From the NCBI GenBank assembly GCA_964575505.1, contig CAZNSK010000001.1, forward strand, positions 83,259 to 147,258: a DNA stretch of 64,000 bases, in the 5' to 3' direction. Each line of letters begins with the position of its first letter. Position 1 is the stretch's first letter. A model generated the notes under the pieces. It was not told the origin of the DNA. It searched no databases and saw only the letters and a program-made list of their open reading frames with translations. This DNA is from an uncultured Phaeodactylibacter sp. (lineage in GTDB: Bacteria; Bacteroidota; Bacteroidia; Chitinophagales; Saprospiraceae). Below are positions 9,369-18,625 of this stretch, in pieces. A program made the translations under genes and the position numbers.

Positions 9369-10742
9369 ATGAAAAAGCTAATCACTACGCTACAGAATAT
9401 TTGGAAAATCAAAGAGCTGCGTAACCGAATCCTGTTTACGCTGGGGATGCTGTTTGTTTTCCGTTTTGGCTCTTATATCGTGTTGCCAGGTGTCATTCCG
9501 GATGTGCTGGAAACTGCAACCCAAAACAACAACAGCCCAAACGATCTGTTGGGGCTCATCAACGTATTCACCGGCGGCGCTTTTAACAACGCTGCTATTT
9601 TTGCGTTGGGGATTATGCCCTATATCACAGCCTCGATTATCATCCAGCTGCTGGGTTTTGCGGTCCCTTACTTCCAGCGGCTTCAGCAAAAAGAGGGCGA
9701 GTCGGGCCGTAAGAAACTCAATCAGATTACCCGCTTGCTCACTGTAGCTATTACATTGGTGCAGGGCGGTGGTTATCTTACTTATATCAACAGCCTTGGG
9801 GCGGTAGACCCTACAATCCCGCTTGGTATCTTTTGGATCTCCAACATTATCATTCTATCCACAGGTACGGTATTCTCCATGTGGCTGGGCGAAAGAATTA
9901 CAGACCGGGGTATTGGCAATGGTATTTCTTTGCTGATCACTATCGGTATCATCGCTACCCTGCCGCAGGCGCTGGTTTTCGAATTCCAGTCGCAGCTTGA
10001 AAACAATGGCCTGATCATCTTCGTATTGGAAATGGCTGCCTTGTTTGGCATTGTAATGGCAACAGTTCTGATCGTGCAGGGCGTCCGCCGCATCCCTATC
10101 CAGTTCGCTAAACGCATGGTGGGGCGCGGGTCTAATCAAATGCCAGCACAGGGGGCGCGGGATTACATTCCGCTGAAAGTGAATGCATCAGGCGTAATGC
10201 CGATCATCTTTGCGCAAGCCCTGATGTTCCTTCCTGCCACTGTCGCCCAGTTTTTTGCGGGCGAGGGCAGTGATCTGGCTACGAATCCCGTACTGCGGGC
10301 GTTGAACGACTTCACCTCAGCCCCATACAATATCATTTACTTCGTTCTGGTTGTGCTCTTTACCTATGTTTACACCGCACTGCTGGTTAACCCTCAGCAG
10401 TACGCAGAGTACCTTAAGCGCCAGAACGCCTTCATCCCGGGAATTAAGCCAGGTAAGCCTACGGCTGATTTTATTGACGCGGTAACCACTCGGATTACCC
10501 TGCCAGGCTCCGTATTCCTGGGTATCATTGCCATTTTGCCTGCCTTCGCTGCAGGGTTTGGCGTCAACATCGCTTTCGCGATGTTCTTCGGGGGTACTTC
10601 ACTTCTGATCCTCGTTGCGGTAGTACTCGACACCCTGCAGCAAGTGGAAAGCCACCTATTGATGCGCCGCTACGACGGCCTCGTCAAGTCTGGCAAAATA
10701 CAGGGTAGAAGCCGTATGCAAGGGATTGGAGCGAATATGTAG
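9369..10742 (+). CDS. secY: Preprotein translocase subunit SecY
   Basis: Start placed at ATG 9369 (MKKLITTLQNIWKIKELRNRILFTLG...). Multi-TM protein carrying FALGIMPYITASIIIQLL, located after rplO. Confidence 0.95.
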   Translation: MKKLITTLQNIWKIKELRNRILFTLGMLFVFRFGSYIVLPGVIPDVLETATQNNNSPNDLLGLINVFTGGAFNNAAIFALGIMPYITASIIIQLLGFAVPYFQRLQQKEGESGRKKLNQITRLLTVAITLVQGGGYLTYINSLGAVDPTIPLGIFWISNIIILSTGTVFSMWLGERITDRGIGNGISLLITIGIIATLPQALVFEFQSQLENNGLIIFVLEMAALFGIVMATVLIVQGVRRIPIQFAKRMVGRGSNQMPAQGARDYIPLKVNASGVMPIIFAQALMFLPATVAQFFAGEGSDLATNPVLRALNDFTSAPYNIIYFVLVVLFTYVYTALLVNPQQYAEYLKRQNAFIPGIKPGKPTADFIDAVTTRITLPGSVFLGIIAILPAFAAGFGVNIAFAMFFGGTSLLILVAVVLDTLQQVESHLLMRRYDGLVKSGKIQGRSRMQGIGANM

Positions 10743-10960
10743 GCAAGCGGATAAACTTGCCGCCCCAAAACCGGTTTGTAATACCGGCATTTTGTTTCGG
10801 AAAGGATTTGAAGAAAGATTATAAGGTCCGTACCGCTGCAGAACCACAAGTGCTCTGTGGCGGTATGGTGCTAAAAAGGCTACGCTTATCGTAGCTCCCA
10901 ATTTGCTCATAACTTGCGGAGGCATTTCCTCCGGAGTTTGAATAAACTGCAACCTGTAGA

Positions 10961-11788
10961 ATGGTTTTTTACAAGACAGAAGAAGAAATTGAACTGCTGC
11001 GGGAAAGCAACCGCATCGTTTGCATGGCACTGGCTCACGTTGGTAGTATATTGAAGCCGGGCATTACCGGTGCTGAAATCGACAAAGCAGCGGAAGAACT
11101 GATCCGTGATCACGGAGGCGTGCCTTCTTTTAAGGGGTATCAGGGGTTTCCCGCCAGTCTCTGCGTTTCTGTTAATGAGCAGGTTGTACATGGTATACCT
11201 ACCCAGAAACAAGTTTTCAAGGATGGGGATATCATCTCAATCGACTGCGGCGTCCACCTCAATGGTTTCCATGGGGATTCTGCTTACACCTTCCCGGTTG
11301 GCGAGGTAGCTGAACCGGTCATGGAGCTGTGCCGGGTTACGAATACGGCCTTGTATAAAGGTATCGATGCGGCAGTGGTGGGCAGCCGGGTGGGCGACAT
11401 TGGGTTCGCTATTCAGCAATATGCGGAGCGAGAGCATGGGTACGGTATCGTACGGGAACTCGTCGGCCACGGCATTGGCCGGGAACTGCACGAAGCCCCT
11501 GAGGTCCCGAATTATGGCAAGCGGGGGCGCGGTCAGGCGCTTAAGCACGGATTAGTCGTTGCTATAGAGCCTATGGTCAACCTTGGGCGCAAAGAAGTGA
11601 GGACAGAAAGAGACGGGTGGACGATTTATGCGAAGGACCGTAAACCCTCGGCCCACTATGAGCACTCTATCGTGGTGCTGAAGTCGGGCCCCACGCCGCT
11701 TTCGGACCACAGCCCGATCGAAGCGGCTATCCAGAAAAACGACAACGTACAGTACGTCGGTGTCATCGCGGAAGCTATGCCGGAGTAA
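10961..11788 (+). CDS. map: Type I methionine aminopeptidase
   Basis: 275 aa containing DIISIDCGVHLNGFHGDSAYTF, GHGIGRELHEAP and EHSIVV metal-site motifs, in the spc-operon position. Confidence 0.95.
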   Translation: MVFYKTEEEIELLRESNRIVCMALAHVGSILKPGITGAEIDKAAEELIRDHGGVPSFKGYQGFPASLCVSVNEQVVHGIPTQKQVFKDGDIISIDCGVHLNGFHGDSAYTFPVGEVAEPVMELCRVTNTALYKGIDAAVVGSRVGDIGFAIQQYAEREHGYGIVRELVGHGIGRELHEAPEVPNYGKRGRGQALKHGLVVAIEPMVNLGRKEVRTERDGWTIYAKDRKPSAHYEHSIVVLKSGPTPLSDHSPIEAAIQKNDNVQYVGVIAEAMPE

Positions 11789-11861
11789 GGGCTTGTACCT
11801 TTTGTACAGGAGGGGATTTGATTTTTTAGCGTTAGTAGCGTGAAAATCAAAGAAAAATGTT

Positions 11862-11869
11862 TATCTTTG
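11862..11869 (+). promoter_or_regulatory. Candidate Bacteroidota -7 box (TATCTTTG) upstream of infA
   Basis: Exact TAnnTTTG match 19 nt before ATG 11888. No clear -33 TTTG was found. Confidence 0.3.
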
Positions 11870-11887
11870 CCCACCGAAATTTCGAGT

Positions 11888-12106
11888 ATGTCTAAGAAGA
11901 ACTTAATCAAGCAGGACGGCATTATTGAGGAAGCCCTGTCAAACGCTATGTTCCGCGTTAGGCTGGAAAACGACCACGAGATTGTCGCGACCATTTCTGG
12001 AAAGATGCGTATGAATTATATCCGCATCCTGCCGGGCGACAAGGTAGCGGTGGAGATGTCACCCTACGACTTGACTCGTGGCCGGATTACCTATCGGTAC
12101 AAGTAA
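11888..12106 (+). CDS. infA: Translation initiation factor IF-1
   Basis: 72 aa from ATG 11888: [53 protein letters not shown]. Confidence 0.95.
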   Translation: MSKKNLIKQDGIIEEALSNAMFRVRLENDHEIVATISGKMRMNYIRILPGDKVAVEMSPYDLTRGRITYRYK

Positions 12107-12145
12107 TGCTGTCTCACAATACTGTTAAACAGAAAAACGACCATC

Positions 12146-12262
12146 ATGAAAGTAAGAGCATCTGTTAAGAAACGCTCCGCCGATTGTAAGATCGTTCGCC
12201 GCAAAGGCAAGATCTACATTATCAACAAGAAGAACCCTAAGTTCAAGCAGCGTCAAGGCTAA
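12146..12262 (+). CDS. rpmJ: 50S ribosomal protein L36 (bL36); absent from the ORF track because it is under 60 aa
   Basis: Hand translation gives [38 protein letters not shown] followed by a stop. It lies between infA and rpsM as expected. Confidence 0.9.
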   Translation: MKVRASVKKRSADCKIVRRKGKIYIINKKNPKFKQRQG

Positions 12263-12310
12263 GCGATAGCCCGCTGAGGTTGCATTAACTGATCAATTAA
12301 ATAGCTTAAA

Positions 12311-12688
12311 ATGGCTCGTATTGTAGGTGTCGATTTGCCTCGCAATAAGCGTGGTGTTGTTAGCCTGACTTACATTTACGGAATAGGGCAGTCGAAAGCT
12401 GCCCGTATTCTGGAGGAGGCTGGCATCGATGAGAATATCAAGGTGCAGGATTGGACAGATGAGAACGTGCGTTCCATCGCCAACATCATCACCAACGAAC
12501 ATACTGTAGAGGGTGAACTGCGCTCTGAAGTACAGTCAAATATTAAGCGCTTAATGGATATTGGTTGCTATCGTGGGTTGCGCCACCGTAAGGGGCTGCC
12601 TCTGCGGGGCCAGCGTACACAAACCAATGCCCGTACCCGCAAGGGCAAGCGTAAGACTGTTGCGAACAAGAAGAAGGTAACCAAGTAA
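12311..12688 (+). CDS. rpsM: 30S ribosomal protein S13 (uS13)
   Basis: 125 aa with [26 protein letters not shown]. Confidence 0.97.
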   Translation: MARIVGVDLPRNKRGVVSLTYIYGIGQSKAARILEEAGIDENIKVQDWTDENVRSIANIITNEHTVEGELRSEVQSNIKRLMDIGCYRGLRHRKGLPLRGQRTQTNARTRKGKRKTVANKKKVTK

Positions 12689-12771
12689 TCATTTTCGTCA
12701 AGGCACAAGATGGCTGCTCAGCGCAGCAGTCCATCCGCTGTAGATGCGAAATCTTGTTAAATTAATTTCCA

Positions 12772-13176
12772 ATGGCAAAGGGAAAAGGAAAAGGAGCCGC
12801 GAAGAAAGTCAAAAAGCGGAATGTAAAAGTTGAATCCGAAGGTATGGCCTACATACAGGCTTCCTTCAACAATATCATCATTTCTCTTACCAATAAGCGT
12901 GGTCAGGTGATTTCCTGGGCATCAGCGGGTAAGGCTGGCTTTCGGGGCTCTAAGAAAAACACACCCTATGCTGCACAGGTAGCGGCGGCTGATGCCTCCC
13001 GTACGGCTTACGATGCGGGGCTGCGTTCTGTAGAAGTTTTTGTGAAGGGGCCTGGCTCTGGCCGTGAAGCAGCGATCCGCGCTATTGACGTGGCGGGTAT
13101 CAAAGTGACACGCATCAAGGATGTCACGCCGGTACCGCACAACGGCTGCCGCCCACCAAAGCGCAGAAGGGTTTAA
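12772..13176 (+). CDS. rpsK: 30S ribosomal protein S11 (uS11)
   Basis: 134 aa with [28 protein letters not shown]...[16 protein letters not shown]. Confidence 0.97.
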   Translation: MAKGKGKGAAKKVKKRNVKVESEGMAYIQASFNNIIISLTNKRGQVISWASAGKAGFRGSKKNTPYAAQVAAADASRTAYDAGLRSVEVFVKGPGSGREAAIRAIDVAGIKVTRIKDVTPVPHNGCRPPKRRRV

Positions 13177-13197
13177 TCAATCGAAAATAGTTTATCA

Positions 13198-13809
13198 ATG
13201 GCGAGATATACTGGTCCAAAAACAAAAAAATCAAGAGCGTTCGGTGAGCTGATCTACGGTGCCGATAAGTCATTCGAACGTAAGAAATACCCTCCCGGGC
13301 AGCATGGCAACGGTCGCCGGCGCAAGCAAAAGTCGGACTATGCCCTGCAGCTCATGGAGAAACAAAAAGCGAAGTATACCTATGGTGTGCTGGAGCGTCA
13401 ATTCCGCAACCTGTTCGAGCGAGCCAATAAAGGTTCTGGCGTAACAGGTGAAGAGTTGCTCCGTTTGTTGGAATCCCGCCTCGACAATACGGTATTCCGC
13501 CTGGGGCTGGCTCCCACCCGGCGCGCTGCCCGTCAGTTGGTATCGCACCGGCATATTACTGTCAATGGAGTCATCACCAATATCCCTTCCTGTAGCCTGC
13601 GCCCCGGCGATACGGTCGCAGTGCGGGGTAAGTCACAGGGTATGGAAGTCGTCAGAGACGCAGTATCTGCAAAGTCTGATATCCGCAAATTCCCCTGGCT
13701 GGAATTCAATCCTGATACGATGACGGGCAAATTTCTGGAGTACCCCGAGCGGGAGCAAATCCCGGAGAAAATCAACGAGCAGTTGATTGTAGAACTGTAC
13801 TCTAAGTAA
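13198..13809 (+). CDS. rpsD: 30S ribosomal protein S4 (uS4)
   Basis: 203 aa with [17 protein letters not shown]...[34 protein letters not shown]. Confidence 0.97.
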   Translation: MARYTGPKTKKSRAFGELIYGADKSFERKKYPPGQHGNGRRRKQKSDYALQLMEKQKAKYTYGVLERQFRNLFERANKGSGVTGEELLRLLESRLDNTVFRLGLAPTRRAARQLVSHRHITVNGVITNIPSCSLRPGDTVAVRGKSQGMEVVRDAVSAKSDIRKFPWLEFNPDTMTGKFLEYPEREQIPEKINEQLIVELYSK

Positions 13810-13860
13810 TGCCTGCTGTTTCGGCATGGCACCGGAACCAACAAGTAAAGAACACTAAAA

Positions 13861-13888
13861 AGTGCCTTCCTGCAGGAGGGTGCTTTTT
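13861..13888 (+). terminator. Hairpin with flanking A5/T5 between rpsD and rpoA (internal attenuator or terminator)
   Basis: AGTGCCTTCC-TGCA-GGAGGGTGCT forms a 10-bp stem including three G-U pairs. It is preceded by AAAAA and followed by TTTTT. Confidence 0.4.
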
Positions 13889-13955
13889 AGGCGTAGATAG
13901 GCAACCGTTTCTGCACCCGTTTTAATTCCATTTTTAAGAACGAAGGTCACAATAT

Positions 13956-14954
13956 ATGAGTATCCTAAATTTCCAGAAGCCGGACAAGATTGTAATGCAA
14001 AAAGCCGACGACTTTGAAGGGCTTTTTGAATTCAAACCCCTTGAACCGGGCTTTGGCCAAACCGTAGGTAACTCCCTGCGGCGTGTGCTGCTGTCTTCCC
14101 TGGAAGGCTTTGCTATTTCTGCTGTGCGTATCGCCGGCGTGGAGCACGAGTTCGCTACCATCCGCGGCGTTGTGGAAGATGTAGTAGAAATTATCCTTAA
14201 CCTCAAGCAGGTGCGCCTTAAGCAGCTGTTGAGCGAAGAGGATATCGCTACCGAAAAAGTATACCTGACCATCAACGGCAGAGAAGAGTTCCGGGCAGGC
14301 GATATCGAAGAGCATACCAATGTCTTCAAGATTATGAACCCTGACCTGCTCATTTGTCAAATGGAGCCTTTCGTCAACCTGGAAGTGGAACTGACCGTGA
14401 CCAAGGGGCGGGGCTATGTGCCTGCAGATGATAATCTGCCGAAGGATGCACCCATCGGTGTCATCCCCGTAGATGCCATCTACACGCCGATCAAAAACGT
14501 AGCCTACCGCGTGGAAAACACTCGTGTTGGCCAGCGTACGGACTACGAAAAACTCTCCATTGAGGTAAAGACAGATGGTACCATCCACCCGGAAGATGCC
14601 ATTAAAGAGGCTTCCCGCATCCTCATTCAGCACCTTATGCTGATCACGGATGAAAACATCACCTTCGACGATGCGTCAACCCGGGAAGAAAATATCGTTG
14701 ACGAGCATATCTTGCACATGCGCAAGCTGCTCAAGACTTCTCTCGAAGACCTGGACTTGTCTGTACGGGCTTACAACTGCCTGAAGGCGGCCAAGATCAA
14801 TACCCTCGCTGAACTCGTAAAGTACGATACGCATGAACTCCTGAAGTTCCGTAACTTCGGTAAGAAATCCCTTGTCGAAATTGAGGAACTGCTACAGGAC
14901 AAAGGGTTGACCTTTGGTATGGACCTTTCCAAGTACAAGCTTGACGAAGAATAG
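13956..14954 (+). CDS. rpoA: DNA-directed RNA polymerase alpha subunit
   Basis: 332 aa with [20 protein letters not shown]...; the C-terminal domain carries [23 protein letters not shown]. Confidence 0.97.
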   Translation: MSILNFQKPDKIVMQKADDFEGLFEFKPLEPGFGQTVGNSLRRVLLSSLEGFAISAVRIAGVEHEFATIRGVVEDVVEIILNLKQVRLKQLLSEEDIATEKVYLTINGREEFRAGDIEEHTNVFKIMNPDLLICQMEPFVNLEVELTVTKGRGYVPADDNLPKDAPIGVIPVDAIYTPIKNVAYRVENTRVGQRTDYEKLSIEVKTDGTIHPEDAIKEASRILIQHLMLITDENITFDDASTREENIVDEHILHMRKLLKTSLEDLDLSVRAYNCLKAAKINTLAELVKYDTHELLKFRNFGKKSLVEIEELLQDKGLTFGMDLSKYKLDEE

Positions 14955-14979
14955 GCTCTAAACGCAATGAATAACAGGT

Positions 14980-15015
14980 GGAGCGGATCAATAACCAAAC
15001 CCGCTCCTCATTTTT
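14980..15015 (+). terminator. Hairpin plus T-run between rpoA and rplQ (attenuator-like)
   Basis: GGAGCGG (14980-86) pairs with CCGCTCC (15001-07) over a 14-nt loop, followed by TCATTTTT. Confidence 0.4.
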
Positions 15016-15115
15016 CAACCGGTGATAACTGCTTCTCTGCGTAAAACTGACCTGTGGTTCACCTCCCTTCGGAGGGGCAGCAGAAGTTTAGTGTCACGAC
15101 GTAAATCATCTTTCA

Positions 15116-15631
15116 ATGAGACACGGTAAGAAGTTCAACCACCTCAAGCGCAAAGAGGGGCACCGTAAAGCCCTGATGCGCAACCTCGCAGCTGGATTAA
15201 TTGAGCATAAGCGGATTAATACTACGCTGGCAAAGGCAAAAGCCCTGCGCATCTATCTGGAGCCGCTGATTACAAAAGCCCGCAAAGGGGACACGCATCA
15301 GCGCCGAGTGGTTTTCAGCTATCTGCAGAACAAAGCTGCTGTGACGGAGCTTTTCGGCCCAATTGCAGAGAAAATCGGTGACCGCCCGGGCGGATACCTG
15401 CGGATTATCAAAACAGGTTTCCGGCGCAGCGATAGTGCGGAAATGGCTATGATAGAGTTTGTCGATTACAACGAGGTCTACACTGCTGGCAAGAGTCAGG
15501 GAGGAGGCCGCCGCCGCCGCCGTCGCCGTGGAGGCTCTGGTGGAGGAGGTGGCAGTGAAGAAACCGCTGCAACCGCCGCAACGGCTGCTGCTGCGACCGC
15601 TGCCGCTGCAGGCTCCGAAGAAGAAGAATAA
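15116..15631 (+). CDS. rplQ: 50S ribosomal protein L17 (bL17) with 47-aa low-complexity tail
   Basis: [25 protein letters not shown]...[24 protein letters not shown]. Tail is [47 protein letters not shown]. Confidence 0.95.
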   Translation: MRHGKKFNHLKRKEGHRKALMRNLAAGLIEHKRINTTLAKAKALRIYLEPLITKARKGDTHQRRVVFSYLQNKAAVTELFGPIAEKIGDRPGGYLRIIKTGFRRSDSAEMAMIEFVDYNEVYTAGKSQGGGRRRRRRRGGSGGGGGSEETAATAATAAAATAAAAGSEEEE

Positions 15632-15740
15632 CTATAACCGTTGACCCGGGCTTGCTCCTGAAGCGCTGCTCGTCCCAGCATGCAGTAGGCGTAAATTGGC
15701 TGGAGTTACCCGGTAGTTGATTGGTTAGTAAAATATCCGA

Positions 15741-15778
15741 AAAGGTGCGTTTTGTAAAGAAGCGCGCCTTTTCTTATT
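15741..15778 (+). terminator. Rho-independent terminator closing the alpha operon
   Basis: AAAGGTGCG (15741-49) pairs with CGCGCCTTT (15763-71), giving 9 bp with one G-U, followed by the T-rich TCTTATTAT. Confidence 0.55.
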
Positions 15779-15869
15779 ATAGCCCTGTATTATTGATCCT
15801 TTTACGCACTGTTGCTGAGCGGCGGCTTTTAGTACAGTAAGATTTAATTGTTACTACACCCGACTGAAA

Positions 15870-16246
15870 ATGAAAATTGTAGCTGTTGTTGCCCGGTCTA
15901 TACTCGGGCTTATCTTTCTCGTATTGGGCCTGAATGGCTTTTTTTGTTTATCCTCGTCCCCGAATATCACCCCTTCATGGAAATCATGTTGTCCGCAGGG
16001 TTCCTCTATTTTGAAAAGATAGCTGAAGCCCTTGCCAGGCTGCTATTGCTTGCTAACCGATACGTACTGATCGCCTTGCTACTAATAGGGCCTATTGTAA
16101 TCAATATCACGCTATACCATCTCCTGATGGACCCGCGCAACTGGAGCATTGCTATGGTCAATTTGGTACTGTATAGTCTGTTGCTGTGGTATTACCGAAG
16201 GCATTTATTTCCACTGTTTAGGGCCAAGATTGGCGGGGGTAGCTGA
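15870..16246 (+). pseudogene. DoxX-like small 4-TM membrane protein gene, reading frame broken at a T7 homopolymer
   Basis: ATG 15870 gives MKIVAVVARSILGLIFLVLGLNGFF and then runs to TAG 16020. The family-like remainder (LFILVPEYHPFMEIMLSAGFLYFEKIAEALARLLLLANRYVLIALLLIGPIVINITLYHLLMDP...) continues in the frame of tracked ORF 15848..16246. The two frames meet at T-run 15939-15945, and adding one T restores a ~126-aa ORF. Confidence 0.6.
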
Positions 16247-16612
16247 GGAAGCAGCCTGAATCTACCTTAGTTTTTTTAAAAAGAAAGAGCCAATTGGTAA
16301 CGGGTTAGGCCTTTGCCCGGATAAACGTAGTGAATCTCCTTACGTAGCCAGTGCAACTGGTGGATTGAACAGCAACTAATTCACAATTTAAGCCTAAGTA
16401 TCCGCAAGGGTTTGAGCCCCAAAAGCCACTAAGCAATTCGGGACGGCCATGCCCGCCCGGATTACCTGATTGCTTTTTCAGGGTTAGTGCCTTTGCTGGG
16501 GTTGAGCCCGTCAATGGGCTGCCCATCCATCCGCCAGGCCCGCCGGCAACGTAAAGAGCAGGAAAGCCGAAAACTGTACAGAGTAGGCATTGTGCCAAAA
16601 ACCCAAAAAGTA

Positions 16613-18220
16613 ATGGAAACATTAGAATCCAAATTTCGAAACATGCACCGGCTTGACCGGGATGAGCGTATTCAACTCAATCGGGAGCTAGCCAGGTTGC
16701 GCCCGGAATTTCTCGAAAACTTTGTGCCCCGCCGCTGGTGGTGGCGGCGATGCGATGTCAAAGTGCTCATCGTCTGCGATGGCAGCCTGAATTACGGTAC
16801 CGGCGGCTTCCATCTGTCAGAGTTCCTGACGACCTTCAATGAATTAGAGGCTCGGAGTTCGGTAGATTATAAAGTTACGCTGGCGCACCGGGGCAGCATC
16901 ATCAACAGCCCTAACCCCGTTGTGGTAGACCATATCGGTGGCTTCCGGTTTGATACCAGTGTCAATCTGAGTGACTTTGACCAGGTTTGGCTGTTTGCGA
17001 TCTCCCCGAGCGGAAGCATAAGCGCAGCGGAGGTAGCGGCTATTGAGCAGTACATGGACGGTGGCGGCGGGCTCTTTGCGACTGGCGACCACGGCTGGCT
17101 AGGCAATGCTATGTGTGGTAATATTCCCCGCGTCAAGGATATGAGGTACTGGCGCGATTTCCCCAACAGCAATGACAATGACAATGAAGTAAGCATGAGG
17201 GGAAAGCGCCGCAATGACACTAATGCTGCCCGCCCGGGCAATGCGTCTGCCAATACCTTTGATCATCAGTCGGATGGCATCCCTCAGACCATTGCTGTCC
17301 GGACCTTTGGTGTAGGCAGCAACCCACACCCTTTGCTCTCCATTAGCCCCAGCCGCCGGCCGTCGGGCATCATTGATATTATGCCTGACCATCCCCACGA
17401 AGGGGAATGCGCCCCGGAAACCTCCTTCACCGTTAACGGCACCAATGTTCCTACCCAGGTTATTGCGACTTCCTTTGTGCCCGGTGGGAATACAGCCCCC
17501 CGGAAAGACCCTACTGAGCCCCACTGCTTTCCTTCTATCAGTGTATGGGACGGCAGAGCTGCTAATGCAGGGCGGATTGTAGTCGATTCTACCTGGCACC
17601 ACTTTGTCAACATCAACTTAAATGGTACCGGATCCGGCCAAACTGGTTTGTCCAACGCTGACTTTGAGGTCATCCGGGAGTACTACATGAACATCGCCAC
17701 CTGGATGACCCGCCGCAAAATAATGTGGTGCCTGATCCGCCGGGAAATTTACGAACTTAAAGTTGCTTCTCAGGTCGTGGAAGCCAGCCTGAACAATCCG
17801 GAGGAAAGCCTGGAGAAGATCAAGTTCGGCGACCTCGGGAGCATCGGAGCCCTGGCGGAGGAAGAGCTGGCTTCAAAGTACAACCCTTCTTTTGCCAGAA
17901 CCTTTTTCCTGGAGCTGCTGGAGGACTGTGATACTTCGCTGGCAGATCAAATGGATGGCTGGAAACCCGTCCGCCTGGCTAAGGAAAGCCCGGCCGAAGC
18001 GCCGGAGGCGGATTGGCTGAACCTGGACCTGTTGTTGCACACTGCAATCGGTGCGGGCTTTATAGCCCTGCGGGATAACCTCAAGATCAATAATGATAAA
18101 GCCGGGGAGGAAGTCCTGGAAGCGGTACTGGAAACCTTCCGAAAGGGAATGGAACAGGGGTTGAAAATAGGCCTTCAAAACCTGGAACGGCACTTTAAAG
18201 GCTTTATGTCCCGCGGATAA
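16613..18220 (+). CDS. Hypothetical 535-aa protein; N-terminal region resembles a class I glutamine-amidotransferase-like (ThuA-like) fold, C-terminal ~150 aa helical; family not recognised
   Basis: Start placed at ATG 16613 (METLESKF...); the tracked ORF opens at GTG 16487. Conserved-looking blocks are VLIVCDGSLNYGTGGF, DQVWLFAISPSG, YMDGGGGLFATGDHGWLG, MPDHPHEGEC and VVDSTWHHFVNINL. No signal peptide or TM segment is evident. Confidence 0.7.
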   Translation: METLESKFRNMHRLDRDERIQLNRELARLRPEFLENFVPRRWWWRRCDVKVLIVCDGSLNYGTGGFHLSEFLTTFNELEARSSVDYKVTLAHRGSIINSPNPVVVDHIGGFRFDTSVNLSDFDQVWLFAISPSGSISAAEVAAIEQYMDGGGGLFATGDHGWLGNAMCGNIPRVKDMRYWRDFPNSNDNDNEVSMRGKRRNDTNAARPGNASANTFDHQSDGIPQTIAVRTFGVGSNPHPLLSISPSRRPSGIIDIMPDHPHEGECAPETSFTVNGTNVPTQVIATSFVPGGNTAPRKDPTEPHCFPSISVWDGRAANAGRIVVDSTWHHFVNINLNGTGSGQTGLSNADFEVIREYYMNIATWMTRRKIMWCLIRREIYELKVASQVVEASLNNPEESLEKIKFGDLGSIGALAEEELASKYNPSFARTFFLELLEDCDTSLADQMDGWKPVRLAKESPAEAPEADWLNLDLLLHTAIGAGFIALRDNLKINNDKAGEEVLEAVLETFRKGMEQGLKIGLQNLERHFKGFMSRG

Positions 18221-18276
18221 TTCACGCAGGAAGCCAGCTATTTTAGAGCCTGTTTGGACTTTAGTAATCGGGCTAT

Positions 18277-18300
18277 CCCGGTGCACCGGGACACTTTTTT
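18277..18300 (+). terminator. Short GC hairpin plus T6 after the 16613..18220 gene
   Basis: CCCGG-TGCA-CCGGG followed by ACACTTTTTT. Confidence 0.45.
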
Positions 18301-18467
18301 GCTTATACTTCGTTCCGAAAATCCTCATCCGTACGGACTCCGGTTTTCGTGCCCCCGATGATAAATGTCGGGATCACAGACTCGTCTAACCAAAAAATTG
18401 CAAGTTCTCGCCTAGAAGACCAAAATCCCAACAGGCTCTTAGAGATTGAGCCGGCTTGCCCATTAAG

Positions 18468-18503
18468 AGAAACGCCAAATGCACCTTTGCACTTGGCGTT
18501 TCT
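18468..18503. terminator. Long hairpin between two convergent genes (likely 3' element of the minus-strand OMP gene, or bidirectional)
   Basis: AGAAACGCCAA (18468-78) pairs with TTGGCGTTTCT (18493-503) with extra inner pairs. T-rich sequence follows on the plus strand. Confidence 0.4.
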
Positions 18504-18625
18504 TCTGTTTAGATACTTTGTAAAGTATACCAGAAGCTAACCATTGCTTTGCGCTTGATAAAAAGCATCAGGGCAAAAGGAGAGGCATTGCTTTCTCTCT
18601 GCTTCCGCAGCTAAGTTGCTGCAGC

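Noticed and set aside
12146-12262. L36 has only one Cys (…[10 protein letters not shown]…) instead of the CxxC…CxxxH zinc ribbon
   Set aside because: From memory, the Cys-poor form …CKIVRRKG.…[13 protein letters not shown] is the normal Bacteroidota L36. It is therefore not evidence of a zinc-sparing paralogue switch.
15-15681. Dozens of 60-130-aa ORFs on the minus strand or in alternative plus frames across the r-protein operons (e.g. 15..320, 134..430, 1573..1953, 2154..2543, 7908..8306, 13965..14633, 15496..15681)
   Set aside because: Each is fully embedded in or antisense to a confidently identified ribosomal, secY or rpoA gene. Their sequences are low-complexity or Arg/Ser/Pro-rich with no recognisable motifs. 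They are typical shadow ORFs.
16348-16357. CCAGTGCAAC followed by …GAACAGCAAC resembles the conserved CCAGUGCAACAGAGAGCA segment of bacterial RNase P RNA; the intergenic length (~365 nt) is also RNase P-like
   Set aside because: The obligatory GGAAAGUCCGGGC block is absent upstream of it. The only AGGAAAGCC is ~230 nt downstream, in the wrong order. I found no ACAGAAxxCGGCUUA 3' motif on either strand.
16487-16612. N-terminal 42-codon extension of the 535-aa ORF from GTG 16487
   Set aside because: The extension (MPLLGLSPSMGCPSIRQARRQRKEQESRKLYRVGIVPKTQKV) is basic low-complexity sequence. ATG 16613 (METLESKF…) is the more plausible start. This remains uncertain without homologue alignment.
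18349-18540. 63-aa ORF between two hairpins in the 18.3-18.6 kb intergenic region
   Set aside because: It has a non-ATG start, no motifs, and runs through the hairpin at 18468-18503. It is more likely UTR or terminator sequence.
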